A stretch of DNA of 60,736 nt, counting the filler, from Basidiobolus ranarum (lineage: Eukaryota), in assembly GCA_040143965.1 (NCBI GenBank). It is 4 parts of 4 records of this genome, joined end to end, with 100 filler letters (N's around TTAATTAATTAA, not from the genome) between each part and the next. Parts side by side here need not be neighbours in the genome. Positions count along the whole stretch, not along the records: positions 1 to 15,147 come from JASJQH010007267.1; positions 15,248 to 30,369 come from JASJQH010007268.1; 2 more parts are not named here. The stretch is one strand, 5' to 3'. The translations under genes and the position numbers were made by a program. Below are positions 12,551-24,364 of the stretch, piece by piece (within the stretch, counting starts at the first letter, position 1; the number at the start of each line of letters is the position of its first letter). A model generated the notes under the pieces. That model had not been told where the DNA came from, did no database searches, and was given only the letters and a program-made list of their open reading frames with translations.

Positions 12551-13795
12551 TCAATTGATATGTCCTTCACGAACACCCTCGACATCTGCTTCAACCATTT
12601 CTTGGACCAATTCATCAAAGGTAACTTTACGTTTCCAACCAAGCAGAGACTCAGCTTTAGCTGGGTCGCCAAGGAGAAGCTCTACTTCAGTAGGACGGTA
12701 ATACTTAGAGTCAATCTTAACGCGGACAATACCAGTATCCGCTTCTCTTCCGATTTCTTGTTCATCTTGGCCTTCCCAAACGATCTCTTTACCAACAACC
12801 TTGAAAGATTTTTCAACAAATTCTTTAACAGTGTGTGTTTCACCAGTAGCGAGAACAAAGTCTTCCGGTTTGTCCTGTTGCAACATCAACCACATTCCTT
12901 CAATATAATCACGGGCGTGTCCCCAATCACGTTTGGAGTCGATATTACCAAGGTACAAACATTCCTGTTTACCGGCGGCAATGTTGGCAACCGCACGAGA
13001 TATCTTACGAGTAACAAAAGTACGTCCACGACGTGGAGATTCGTGATTGAAAAGAACGCCGTTACATGCGTACATACCATAAGCCTCACGGTAATTTACT
13101 ACAATCCAATAGGCATAGAGTTTAGCTACGCCGTAAGGGGAACGAGGATAAAATGGGGTGGTTTCTTTCTGGGGTGTTTCGACTACTTTGCCATATAATT
13201 CAGAAGTAGAGGCTTGGTAAAAGCGAACATGCTGAGTTAAACCACATGTGCGAATAGCATCCAACAAACGAAGAGTACCCAAACCATCAACATCACCCTA
13301 TAAAAGCAGAAGAGAGTAAGCGTGAATTACGAGTGTATAAAAAATATAAGTTAGAGTATACACACAGTATATTCGGCCATGTCAAAAGATACTTTGACGT
13401 GGGATTGAGCACCGAGATTATAAATTTCGGAAGGTTGGACTTGGGACATAATGTGAACCAAGCAAGTAGAATCAGTTAAATCACCATAATGGAGGATCAT
13501 TTGAGGACTACCGTCTTGGTGACGATCCTTGTACAAATGTTCAATTCGGAAAGTGTTGAAAGAAGATGAGCGACGGATGATACCATGTACAGTATAGCCC
13601 TTGGCGATCAAGAACTCGGTAAGATACGACCCATCTTGGCCAGTAATGCCTAAGAACAGTTTAAGATGTAAGCAAAGAGTGAATTGGAGGCCTCTTATGA
13701 TATTTACCAGTGAGAAGAGCTACTTTGCGAGCTCTGTATTGCTCAGGAGTAAGATTAGTTACTTGAAGAGGCGTTACTTGATTGTTAGTAGCCAT
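12551..13795 (-). CDS. gmd: GDP-mannose 4,6-dehydratase, 3 exons
   Basis: [103 protein letters not shown] and YYRPTEV. Confidence 0.96.
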
Positions 13796-14222
13796 GTTCT
13801 CTGCTGAAAGGGAAGGCAATCGTAAGTTTTCTTGGATGTGTCGACGTACTATAAATAAAAAAGCTGTCACCTATTTGATAGGCTGAGAATCAAGATTCGT
13901 ATTTCAATGATCACAAGTAGTCCAAAACAATTAAGGTTCTATGAGGCCTATATGGATATCAAACACCACGATTTACTTATATATTAACTGTAAGCGTGAA
14001 ACCCTAAAATATTTATGCTTTTTTATCTGGAAGAGCGCTCACAATACGTATATAAAAGTTATGGCCTAGAGCCTGCCTATATTGAGCTTTAATGTCCACT
14101 TTATAGAGCCTGCTTATGTTGGGCTTGCCTGTTTAGTAATAATATTTATATCGAACTATACTGACAAGAAAATCCTGAACCATTTGCTATAGTGCTGGAT
14201 ATGACTCTTACGCATCTCCCTA

Positions 14223-14715
14223 GTGAATATTTTTGACTTTGCAACTTCTTTATCAAACTCCAAGGAACTAATCTGGGTGTATACAATCAAATATAGAAAT
14301 AACAAGGATTTCACACGTTCTGGATGGAGAAAGTCCGAACGCTCTGATACGGCGCAAAAGTTTTTTCAACTTTTTCTGCAAGGATTACAAGATGTATTAA
14401 TCTCCTCTAATATTTCTTCTTACATGGAGCTCTTGGCAATAAATTGCAAAGAGCTAGACTTGCCTTTACGTTTTTTCCAAGTAATTGATACTTCAATTTG
14501 GGCTAAAGAGCTTGGTCTACCTGTGAAGGAAATAGAGGAATCTTCAGAAGACCCTTACTACAGTAATGAATTTGGAGGTTGTTTATCTATGGTAAAGGTG
14601 TACCGTGCATTCAAACGAAGAGCAGTTCATTTAGGATATCCTAGAGGTTCAACTACTTGCGAAACAGTATCCATTAAATTGACTATAGCATATACTGTGA
14701 CGATTCCCAAAAGGG
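14223..14715 (+). pseudogene. Degenerate ORF with weak resemblance to an RNase H-like/DEDD exonuclease domain
   Basis: The VLISSNI...L....VIDT pattern echoes the xVGHN..D....IDT motif, but the key residues are missing. There is no ATG start and the ORF runs into a transposon end. Confidence 0.25.
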
Positions 14716-14716
14716 T

Positions 14717-14887
14717 TAGGGGGATGACAAACACCACAGGGTGTAGTATTTATTTAATAACTAGATAAACTACTATTAAACAAATAAGCCAATATAGCAT
14801 AATATGCTAACAATAAAATTTGAAGTTAAAATATAAAGAAAATAATGAAGTATGGAAATACTTAACTTGATGACCAATGTATTCAAG
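14717..14887 (+). mobile_element. Left end of a TIR DNA transposon (hAT-like)
   Basis: TAGGGGGATGACAAACACCACAGGGTGTAGTATTTATTTA is an imperfect inverted copy of the ends at 15348 and 30578. The terminus resembles the Ac/Ds TAGGGATGAAA. Confidence 0.6.
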
Positions 14888-14888
14888 T

Positions 14889-15147
14889 TCAGAGGATGTA
14901 AATATAGTGTTAAGGGCAGAGGTGGTAAGCAGAAAGGAAGGTACTCAGTACAAACCAGATGGACAATAGGACAAAAACCTGGAATAATGGGAATCAAGAA
15001 AGGTGTCTTAGAGGCAAGGTATTGCTTCCAAAGGTCTAGCTGGAAGTCTATAGCAACAATTTTAGGCTGTTTTGTTTCATGCAGCTGTAAAGCTAACTCA
15101 GAAACTAGAGGATCATCTTGTATCAATTTCCAGCATGATAGTGCATT
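14889..15147 (+). mobile_element. Repeat element beginning CAGAGGATGTAAATA, running into the gap
   Basis: Near-identical to 60629-60736 in an unrelated flanking context. Confidence 0.65.
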
Positions 15148-15247
15148 NNNNNNNNNNNNNNNNNNNNNNNNNNNNNNNNNNNNNNNNNNNNTTAATTAAT
15201 TAANNNNNNNNNNNNNNNNNNNNNNNNNNNNNNNNNNNNNNNNNNNN
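15148..15247. other. Assembly spacer (N44-TTAATTAATTAA-N44)
   Basis: 100-nt N block with a central six-frame stop linker, identical to the other two gaps. Confidence 0.98.
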
Positions 15248-15348
15248 TGTCACAATATCTCAAAAGATTGATGTCTTGATTGTCACTTTGTTTAGATTAG
15301 TATTTAAGCTAAATAAAGTCTACACCATCTGGTGCTTTTCATCCCCCT
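15248..15348 (+). mobile_element. Right end of the TIR DNA transposon
   Basis: Near-identical to 30476-30578 and ends ...GCTTTTCATCCCCCTA. Confidence 0.7.
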
Positions 15349-15809
15349 AACCCTAAGCGGTGCAAAACTGACCGGAGAGTAGTTGTCGATTCTGAGTCAA
15401 ATTATGTTAGTAATATTACACCAAGAGTGTATGAAATGCCACAAGATACTGAGGGCCGGATGGAAATTGCTCCAACATAACCAGAGGATGGTTCTAGCTC
15501 TGAAGATGCTTTATCACCTCAATGTTCAGATTCAAGGTTCAATAATGAAAACTTCGTGTCTTTCAACCCCCCTATTGCTACCTAGCGAAATGTTACATAA
15601 TTATCTATGATAGAAGTATCTCCAACACAAAATCGTGTATAGAAAATTAAACTAGTAAGGCAACAAACTCAGCAGACATTTTATCATTGAGACATTTGCA
15701 CTATTGGCTACTTGTGAATGACTCACTTGATGATACGATTTATTCGAACATGTTCAGTAATAGGACACATAAGGATGCGTATCAACACCATTGCATGAGT
15801 AAAATGCGC

Positions 15810-16307
15810 TTAGGAGTTTTGGCACACTTGTAAATGCCAGTGGGTACCTTCATTCAAGTAGAAGTTTCCAGAGCCGGATTTGTAGTACTTTTGCTTAGTA
15901 CCTGCTGTAAGACCTTGGTATTGCATATTGTTCACAATATACTGCGATAAACAGGATGTCATACGCAGATCTAATGCTTGTCCTTTGGCATGAGTGGAGG
16001 TTGCTCCATGAGGGTACACCTCAGCTGCACCAGTGACGACAATGGGATCGCAATTACTAGGAAGTAGTTTCTGAAGGCTGATCACAACTCCAATAGTCAC
16101 GATTTCCGTACCCGCTAGACATGTTTGAGCCAGGTTGGCTTGAGCATTTTGGCATCCCAGGTTAACCGATATCCCATTCTGCTTTAGAAGATCTCTTGGC
16201 TTCTGCTCGTTTTGATAGGCAGCAGGGGCATTATGAGGCACCGAGCAATCAAAGGCTGATGCAAGAGCAATAAAACCAAGAGATGCAAGAAGTTGGATGG
16301 GCTTCAT
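15810..16307 (-). CDS. Secreted 165-aa Cys-containing protein with LAS (Hedgehog/D-Ala-D-Ala peptidase, M15-like) Zn motifs, intronless
   Basis: Signal peptide MKPIQLLASLGFIALASA; IVVTG; H-x6-D (THAKGQALDL); C-terminal H-x-H (EGTHWHL). TATAA box about 55 nt upstream of the ATG at 16307. Confidence 0.75.
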   Translation of the reverse strand: MKPIQLLASLGFIALASAFDCSVPHNAPAAYQNEQKPRDLLKQNGISVNLGCQNAQANLAQTCLAGTEIVTIGVVISLQKLLPSNCDPIVVTGAAEVYPHGATSTHAKGQALDLRMTSCLSQYIVNNMQYQGLTAGTKQKYYKSGSGNFYLNEGTHWHLQVCQNS

Positions 16308-17371
16308 ACTGAAATCAAAGAATGTTAGTTTGGTGAAGTCAGCGCAGAAAGAAGGATTATAAATACTCACCGACAGGTGCAGGTGATGTCAAACAGTGTC
16401 CTAAATAGGATCAAGTTTGGTGATCTCACTCTTTGCACTACCCCAGGAATCTCTCGGGAAACAATTTTGTAATGTAGGAAAGCTGGGAAAGACCAGGAAG
16501 CTTCAATTTCGTAAACCATTTGCCTTTGGTTCTGGCACCCTCTTCTCACGAAATTAGACTGAAAACCAACTCAGAAGCAACTGTGGTGTGACTGTTGCAC
16601 TAATTTGTGTATCATTGACAAGGTGAATTTATGACAACACTGATTTTACAAATGGTGCACAACAAAAGGACAACTGACTGCTTGGTTGACCAGTTTTGAT
16701 TCAAAAGAAAATTTCTGAATAGCTCTATCAATCACCTGCTTACAACTTAATCTATGAGATGTCGGAATAGTCGTTCACGGGTAGTGTAGTACTGACCATA
16801 TTAGTGTCTAGCGGAAAATGCTGGTACATTGATTAGGTGGGCTGATTACTCAACAGCTTCAGCCCAAATAGTTTTATCATATCTCACCTATTAGATCGCG
16901 GTTAGTAGCTCAACAGTTACTGCATTCAAATCACAAATATCCTTGAGTATAGGCAGCGAACTTTGGATCATTTTACACCACAGGCAACAAATACATGCTT
17001 GCGTACCGGTTAACCCGTTTCAAGTACAAAGAGCGGGAATCTAATGCACGTTTCATGCTTACTTCAACTTAGCCTCTTCCTTGGTAATTTCCAATGATTC
17101 CCATGATTAGCCACTAAACCCCGAATCAATTTTAGGATGTTAATCGTAGTACTCACAGGTATACCAGAAAGAAATCGCCACAAGCTTAAAAACTAATGAA
17201 AACAAGTGAGTCTTAAATTCAGTGAGAGAATGACTGGATTTAAGTACCTGTGATAGGCAGCATCAATTGCATAATGAACTCGTACTATCCACTCTTAATA
17301 AAGGACCTGCATATAAGAGAAGAGCTTCATCCATTTACAGCAGCTTCAGGATTATCACCAGTGGCCTCCTC

Positions 17372-17723
17372 ATAAAAATTATCTCAACTACTCTCCTCCT
17401 TGGGTGTGCGACTCCTTCTTCGGCTTTTATCTGCAGCACCTCTCACCGTCCCACCGAGTAATACACTGACGAACTCATTCCCAGCTCGTGTCCTCTACCG
17501 TATCATTGGAGCTTCCGAACTACATCCACACGGTGATACCTTCTTCTATGCCGAAGGACAGGTATTTGACCTGGACATGACTCCATGCCTCAGCAACTAC
17601 ATTAGGACGCATACGAAGGGTTCATACTTAACGACTAAAAATGAGGAATACTGGAAAACCACTGCTGGTAACTTCTGCGTCGATGAGGATAGTCATTGGC
17701 ATGTTCAATATTGCCAAAACTAG
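17372..17723 (+). pseudogene. Dead paralogue of the 15810-16307 secreted peptidase-like gene
   Basis: The start is ATA rather than ATG, followed by signal-like IKIISTTLLLGCATPSSAFICS, a stop and an internal deletion. It resumes as IIGASELHPHG..YAEGQVFDLDMTPCLSNYI...WKTTAGNFCVDEDSHWHVQYCQN, with the first Zn His replaced by Tyr. Confidence 0.8.
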
Positions 17724-19274
17724 ATGATTTGCTTCTATTTTATTGAATTTCGAATGCCGAGACACTATTCTCAACTCTGAAAGATACCAGATTTCCGGCT
17801 TTATAAGTAGTTTATTCCGAGAGAAATGACTAAATTTAGGAAACAAAAATATGCGCAATTGGATGCACGGTGTACCAAAATCTAGATGTATCTGAAACAT
17901 TTCATCGCATTCATTTGTGAAGCGTCAATTTTTACACTAGCACTAAACTATAATTAGTAAATGGATCTGGTTATCGGTAGATTAAATGGTGAAAGTAGTG
18001 GCATTGGCATGATTGCAAACATCGCTGATAGAGACATTCAGATTTCGATTAAGTAGTGCAATTTAGTAGAAGCTCTTAGTTTACTGCGGGATACAAATAC
18101 CCAGATTAAAGTGGGAAAGCTAAAAACCGAAGCATGAAGGATACAATGATCATTTCAAAATAACATGTCTCGTTAAAGCGTTTATACGATGGGATACGGT
18201 TAAAATGTTTGATTAATAGTTCTAGAGTTCACAAGACTACAGCCTAGTTAAACCCATCAGAAAGATATTAACTGGCTGAGATATGATAAGGACCGATGCA
18301 CACACTTCGATAGACTAACATATCCAAGTGGCAGTGTCATGGAGTGATAGATAACTTCTTTGGCTTACCGCGTCGTACATTTATCAACAAGAATATATGT
18401 ACGCTGTAATAGAAGCTATAAAACGCTTCCGCGATACTTTAATCAGATGTTACCTTGCACTCAATACAGTACACTGCTACTTTCTCAGCCTACCTCTCAC
18501 GTCTTCCGCTTAGCTGGGGAGAATTGTTTGGTAATTATGATGGGAATTTACCGTTATGGAACGTTGTAAGTGTTACATCATATGCCGTATCCGGGTTGAT
18601 TATAAATATCGCCAATCTTTTTACATGAACTGAGATTCTAATAGCAATTTGATGTCGTTCCATTTTTAGCCCTATGGCGGGCAGAAAACGTAGTGATAAA
18701 GGCAGATCAATAGTCAGAGTTCTATCCTGATAAAAGTGACTAACGTCTGATCTAGCAATCTCCAGGGAACAAGCCTGTAATTGGACGCGATAGTAATTGG
18801 GACCACAACGTTTTTGCCTAATGGCATTTAGTCTTCGGGATTACCTCTAGGCCACCCCAAATAAGTTGCGCTGTTTACTGTCTTCATCACTTGGGAGGCA
18901 ATCTACTTATTGATTTAAAATTTGAGGCGACCTACACCGTAACAGTGGTCTATTATAGATCTAGCTATAAAGGAAAAGTAAATACATATGTAATAGATTG
19001 TGTGATCATTTGAAATCTATAATCCTGTTTACAGTAGCCATCATTGGTTAGGCCGTATTCACGATACATACATGCGCTGGAGTTGTGACAGATTTGTGAG
19101 TATATCGGGAGGGGATACAGTATTATTGCGTATCATACCTTGTTACAGAAATATCATATAGAATCAAGGTTGAATTTGTACCAACCAAACTTTGATTCTC
19201 GAGCATGTGCATTATGCTAAAATTTAGCATTGATTTCGATTACTTGCTAAATAATGCGTCACATTACTCTTTTT

Positions 19275-19833
19275 GAAAGATCTCTTGGTTCCTGCTAGTT
19301 CTGATAGACAGCTAGGGCATTATGAATTACCAAGCAGTCGAAGGCAGATAGTAGTGAAACAAAGCCAAGAGATGCAGGAAACTGAATGGGCTTCATACCA
19401 AAATCACAGAATAGAGTATTGATGAAGTGGAAGTACATGTATAAATACTCACTGACAGGCGCAAGTGTTGCTCAACAGTGGCCGAAGTTAAGGTCAGGTT
19501 TGGTAATCCACATTTTTCTGCACCACCCCCAGAATTTCTCGAGAAGCGATTCTTCAATACAGGAAAATTAGAAAAGGTCATGTGCGTTCAGTTCTGGTGC
19601 CCTCTTTTCGTGAGGTTAAACTGAAAACCGGCTCAGAAGTGATTGCGGTGCGTTAATTTGTAGATCATTGCCAAGGTGATTTTTTATGACGATACTGATT
19701 GTACAAATGGTACACAGCAAAAAAATAATTTACCGCTTCTTAAAATAGTTGATTCATACTAGTGTTCCTAAACAACTCTGGTAGTAGCCTAGGTACAAAG
19801 ACTGAATTTTGAGGTCTCAGAATAGTCATTCAC
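19275..19833 (-). pseudogene. Truncated duplicate of the peptidase-like gene 5' end plus ~440 bp of its promoter
   Basis: Aligns with 16185-16778. ATG at 19396 gives MKPIQFPASLGFVSLLSAFDCLVIHNALAVYQN-stop-QEPRDL, after which similarity ends. Confidence 0.85.
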
Positions 19834-20012
19834 TACTGCTAATTAAATCCTAAATTCTTATTGAAAGTCCTACAAGTGCATGATAAGAATGCTCCCTAAG
19901 CTTATGCCATTTACAAATTAGGCAGATAGTTTTAGTAAAGGAGATACTTTGATTTATGGGAAATGTAGTAGTTTCTTCTCCTAAGCCTATTTAACATCTA
20001 CACTAACATTGC

Positions 20013-22135
20013 TCATACAGTCGACTCTGGAAGCGGCGATTCTTGAAAGGCCTGTATATTTGAATGGAAATCTTCAACTGCATTTGCTATGACTCCAATA
20101 ATATCTCCTTCAACTTTCATAAGGGAGTACTCTACTTCACTCTTCTTATCAATTTTCACTTGGGGTTGGGGGCCTGTGACATTGTCCTTATGTTCTGATG
20201 ATACTATGCTCATAACTCTTGAGCCTTCGATAAGTTTCCTTTATATACAGTAATCTTTTAAAGTACAAAGACAATGCACTACCTACTGCAGAGACAGCCA
20301 ACTGTATAATGATGAAGCAACGCTTGCTAATCAACAATATAGCTAGCGATGTCTGCCAGCGTCAAGCACTGAGGGTTTAGTTACATTACGACAAACCATA
20401 TGATTGCTGCTTCTGTCAACTTTGCGAAATTGTTGTTGAGTATCATGCAGATCAGTAAAATTACTTAAACATTATATGGCAGAGTTCTTTTCCAACACAG
20501 TAGCATCATTATTTTTCAATTTCAAAAAGCAGTGCTATTTAATTGTAACTTCAATGAATTCGTATTCAGCCATCGGAAAATCCAAGACAACTTTGATCTT
20601 TCAAACTAAACTCTGTTTATTATAACATGGGGTACTTTCGGGGAGATACTTAGCTATCCTAAGACATTTTAGCTATATTAATATGGGGAGTAGTTACTTT
20701 CCTTCATACAAGAAGATCTATAGCCAACTTCTTTTGGGATTGATTGTGGTACGATTTTGTAAGGCTCCACATCTCTCCAGTTTCACACATCTGGTTGTTG
20801 ATGAGCAGAACTCCAAGATTAGTCATAATTATCTGATGATAGCATTCACTTGAAAAGGGCCGTTTAAAGCCCAATTGCAAGCAATTTTATTTACTTTATT
20901 AACAATCAGATACACATATCGGCATACCATCTCAGCACAAAAGAAGCTAATATTCGCAATCAATGAAAGTAGCATATCCCAACTTCTTAACACATCTTCT
21001 GAAGAGGCCTTCCTTTTCAGTTGGAAGAGTGCAAATCAAGTGTCTATCCTTGAAATCAGAACCACCAGTATTTCGGAGGCAACATTCTTTGATTTTTGAA
21101 TAGCTGACCTTGAATCCAATAGCTCAACACCTCGAATTGGTATTGTCAGCCCATACCTGGGACACCAAAAGTATGGCTGAAAGGCAGAGAATGCGCAGGC
21201 TTGGGATCATCATCGTATGATTCCTACATCAATACATTAAATAGTAAATAATACGAAAAAATGTACCTCTGGCTTGTAACTTACGATGTTGATTGTTCTG
21301 AATTTCCTGTTGAATATCTGAGATTATGCAATACTATTTATACTAAAACCTCGCAGTGAGCGATTTCATGGGCCAATGCCATGCCTGGCTTGCTGAAGCT
21401 GTTGTAAACACTTCGACCGAGTTGTAATTACTGTCATAAGGTTAAGAATGAGAGCAGCACCAGATATTCTAATGTAATGGTAACGTTTCGAATCAAGGAA
21501 ATATTTCTTTGAGGAACCTGTTTCACAGAATGAAGTTGTAGAAATATTGATACCTGGAAATTTGGAACTAATCCACAGTACAATATGAAACTGATATGCA
21601 GCACAATACATGATGATAATAAGAGATATTATTATGACTTCATTCGTTGATCTCTACCACAGTTGAAGCTGTGATGTATTTTTGTACTTGTATGAGATTT
21701 GCCACTCGAGTAAATTTACTTATTGGATAGTGCTAGTGATCGAGGGGTCTATAATCAATTATGTAGGATACTATGCTAAGCGCGATGATATTTGCCATAA
21801 ATCTCTTTCAGAAACTTCTCATGATTTCTGGAAGGTAGACAGCAATCCTAAAAACATGATGGCTGTGAAAATACTGAGTATTTGACGGAGAATGCCATCT
21901 TTACCCCCGATCCCTACTAGTGAATCTAACTCATAACCACTGTTCATCAATAGGATAATTAGATTTATGGTAGTTTTCGTTCGGAATGCATCATATAGTG
22001 AGAGTCTATTGCAAGAATATCCAATACAGTGTAAGCTACATGATTGATTTAGAGGTATTCCACAGAAACACATGTTGAAGAAAACCCAAGAGAATGAAAT
22101 GTCAAGCAAGATTTTAAGATTCTTCCCCTGAGCGA
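20013..22135 (-). pseudogene. Heavily decayed multi-pass membrane protein gene, possibly ArAE/FUSC (Bre4-like) family
   Basis: Collinear stop- and frameshift-riddled hydrophobic pieces (LLDISFSWVFF, QILSIFTAIMFLGLL, KLSWIFRWL, IIWFVVM..LTLAD). The family call is tentative. Confidence 0.3.
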
Positions 22136-22804
22136 AGGTCGACTGTAATCCTCGGTCACTAACGGTATTTAAAAGTCAATACGATAAGTAATTCTCTATC
22201 AAAAATACTGACTCCTTGTGAGGTTAATACTGGAGCATACTCGTCGCTTTGTGAGGAAGAACTCGGGCATAATGACAGCCGATACTGAATGGTCACCACC
22301 AATTCCAATACCGAGATCAAACTTCCAGAAGCCTAAAACTGCAATCAAACTTAACCCCAGAATGGCACAATAAATAATAGTTAGCGATAAACATCAACTC
22401 TGAGCCATAACAACAGAATTGGAATTATGACATACCACATTTCAACCATACGGGAAAAACTGCTATATTAATTTTCTCTGGAACTGAAACTTCGGTTTAT
22501 AAGAACAATTAGTATTCATGGATTTATTGAAGATTTTTACAGTGACTGATAAATAGGATAGTAAAACGGGCATAATATAGAATACAGCACAGAGTGAGAT
22601 ATGACAACAAATGCTTAACATTCGATACTATCATATTTTCGGAACAAGAAATAAAATATCCCCGTCATTACTCCTGTTAGTCCGGTTTGGATACCGAATA
22701 CATATACGAAATTTGGATCATTACTCCAAATTGCCAAGATTAACCCAATCAACAATTTGAGTGGAATCGATATACTTTGTACTGACAAACTGGTACATTG
22801 ATAG

Positions 22805-23739
22805 AAGGTTTAGGGGTACGTCGTTCTTACCATTGGAATTAGCCTTTTTGAATTCCCATTTCCAAACAGGACTAAAGAATTTATTAGATGTTGCAGTAAT
22901 GAATTTCTTCCATGAAAATCATCAACTCTCGTTGGACCAATATTCTAAAGTGGGTGAGATACCCTTTGATTTTGTCAAAAGAAAGATGTCAGTGGTAATT
23001 CGAGATCAATCTCAACCATCTACTGATTACGAAAGGAGCTGTGGATGAAACGCTATCATCGTGCTCAAAGATATTTATCGGTAACAGTGCAAATTTGAAT
23101 TCATGTGGATCAGGTGTAGATTTGCCCATGAAAGAAATTGTCGACCTCACAAGAGAATATAGAGAAAAGCTACAGAATCTGAACCGTGAGTTAAACGAGG
23201 ATGGCCTTCGTATGCTTGCAGTTGCTTATCGTCACATGGATAGCGACCATAAGGATCTTACAATTGCCCATGAATCCAATATGATTTTCGCCGGGTATAT
23301 CGCCTTCCTAGACCCACCTAAGCAGAGCACTACCCAAGCTATCTGTGAACTTCATGAAAATGGAGTCACTGTCAAAGTCCTGACTGGTAATGCTGCTGCA
23401 GTGTGCAAATCAATGCTATCGTTACTACTACCGATCTTGAAAATCTGAGCGAAGAACAGTTCTCAGTCATTGTTGAGAAGGGTACCATTTTTGCCAAGTT
23501 AACTCTAATGCAGAAAGCTCAAAAGATATAGTCACGCTTCCTTACCATTACTTTTATCTACTATTGTAGTGATGGGTATTGGATTTATCATTCCATTTAC
23601 GCCACTTAGAGATCCGCTTTCTATGGTGACTCTACCTGGGATGTATTATCCACATTTGTTTTCTGTACTACTCACCTACTGTTTGTTGACAAAAATGGTT
23701 AAAATAATCTATATTCGCTACTTTAAGACTTGGTTGTAA
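22805..23739 (+). pseudogene. Mg2+-importing P-type ATPase (MgtA/P3B-like) remnant
   Basis: AFLNSHFQTGLKNLLDVAV, EIPFDFVKRKMSV, KGAVDE, LNEDGLRMLAVAY, GYIAFLDPPK, GVTVKVLTG(N), IFAKLT, and a C-terminus IPFTPL..LPGMYY..YCLLTKMVK..YIRYFKTWL. It has frameshifts and large deletions, and lacks the N-terminus and DKTGT. Confidence 0.85.
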
Positions 23740-24364
23740 GTTTTATTTCACTTACTTCCTTTAGTTAGAAACTTCAGGCTTTGTTTAGATATGAATGCTA
23801 AAATGGCATGCAATACATTCAAATAAATAATAAGCGTATACCTAAATCTTCTGCTATAAGTCAACAATTATCTTAGTGAGGAAAAAATAGTTTATATCTC
23901 CAGAACGTACTCTTAGATATCATTAATGGCACAATATATGAAACGTGCATACGCCTCAAGGCATTGTCAATAAAATGTGGGCGGTATAAGAAATGCATAC
24001 AGAAAGCATGGCCATCCCCCTTTCAAGCACAATTTGTCTGATAACAGATATCGGGTTGAAGTATATTTTGTGGAGTCTTTCAACTTAGCATCGATGACAA
24101 TGGCATTTTGCCATCAAAGCAGGTATGAAATCGTTGATGCTCAGTATGCCTCTCTGAATGGAGATTGAATTGACTTATTCTAACATTACTGTTTGGACCA
24201 CTGATACTGAATATTATCTGACTCATAGCGATATGCGCGAGAACCCAAAAGTACCCTGAAATGATTGGAACACTTGCTAATCGAAATTTTCGTGTTCTAT
24301 TTATTAAGATGTAGGAAGTTTAATACAAATCGATTACTATCTTTCACCATTCGAATGTATGTAT

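Noticed and set aside
6271-13198. Long antisense ORFs opposite IDH2 (6271-6726) and GMD (12560-13198)
   Set aside because: They are typical codon-bias shadows of highly expressed genes and have no motifs.
14717-15348. A single complete transposon with paired TIRs spanning the first gap
   Set aside because: The two ends lie on different, probably unlinked contigs and their flanks form no TSD. They are ends of the same family, not of the same insertion.
3823-23739. Magnesium-transport cluster (SLC41 plus MgtA)
   Set aside because: The genes are on different contigs across an artificial join, and the MgtA copy is a pseudogene.
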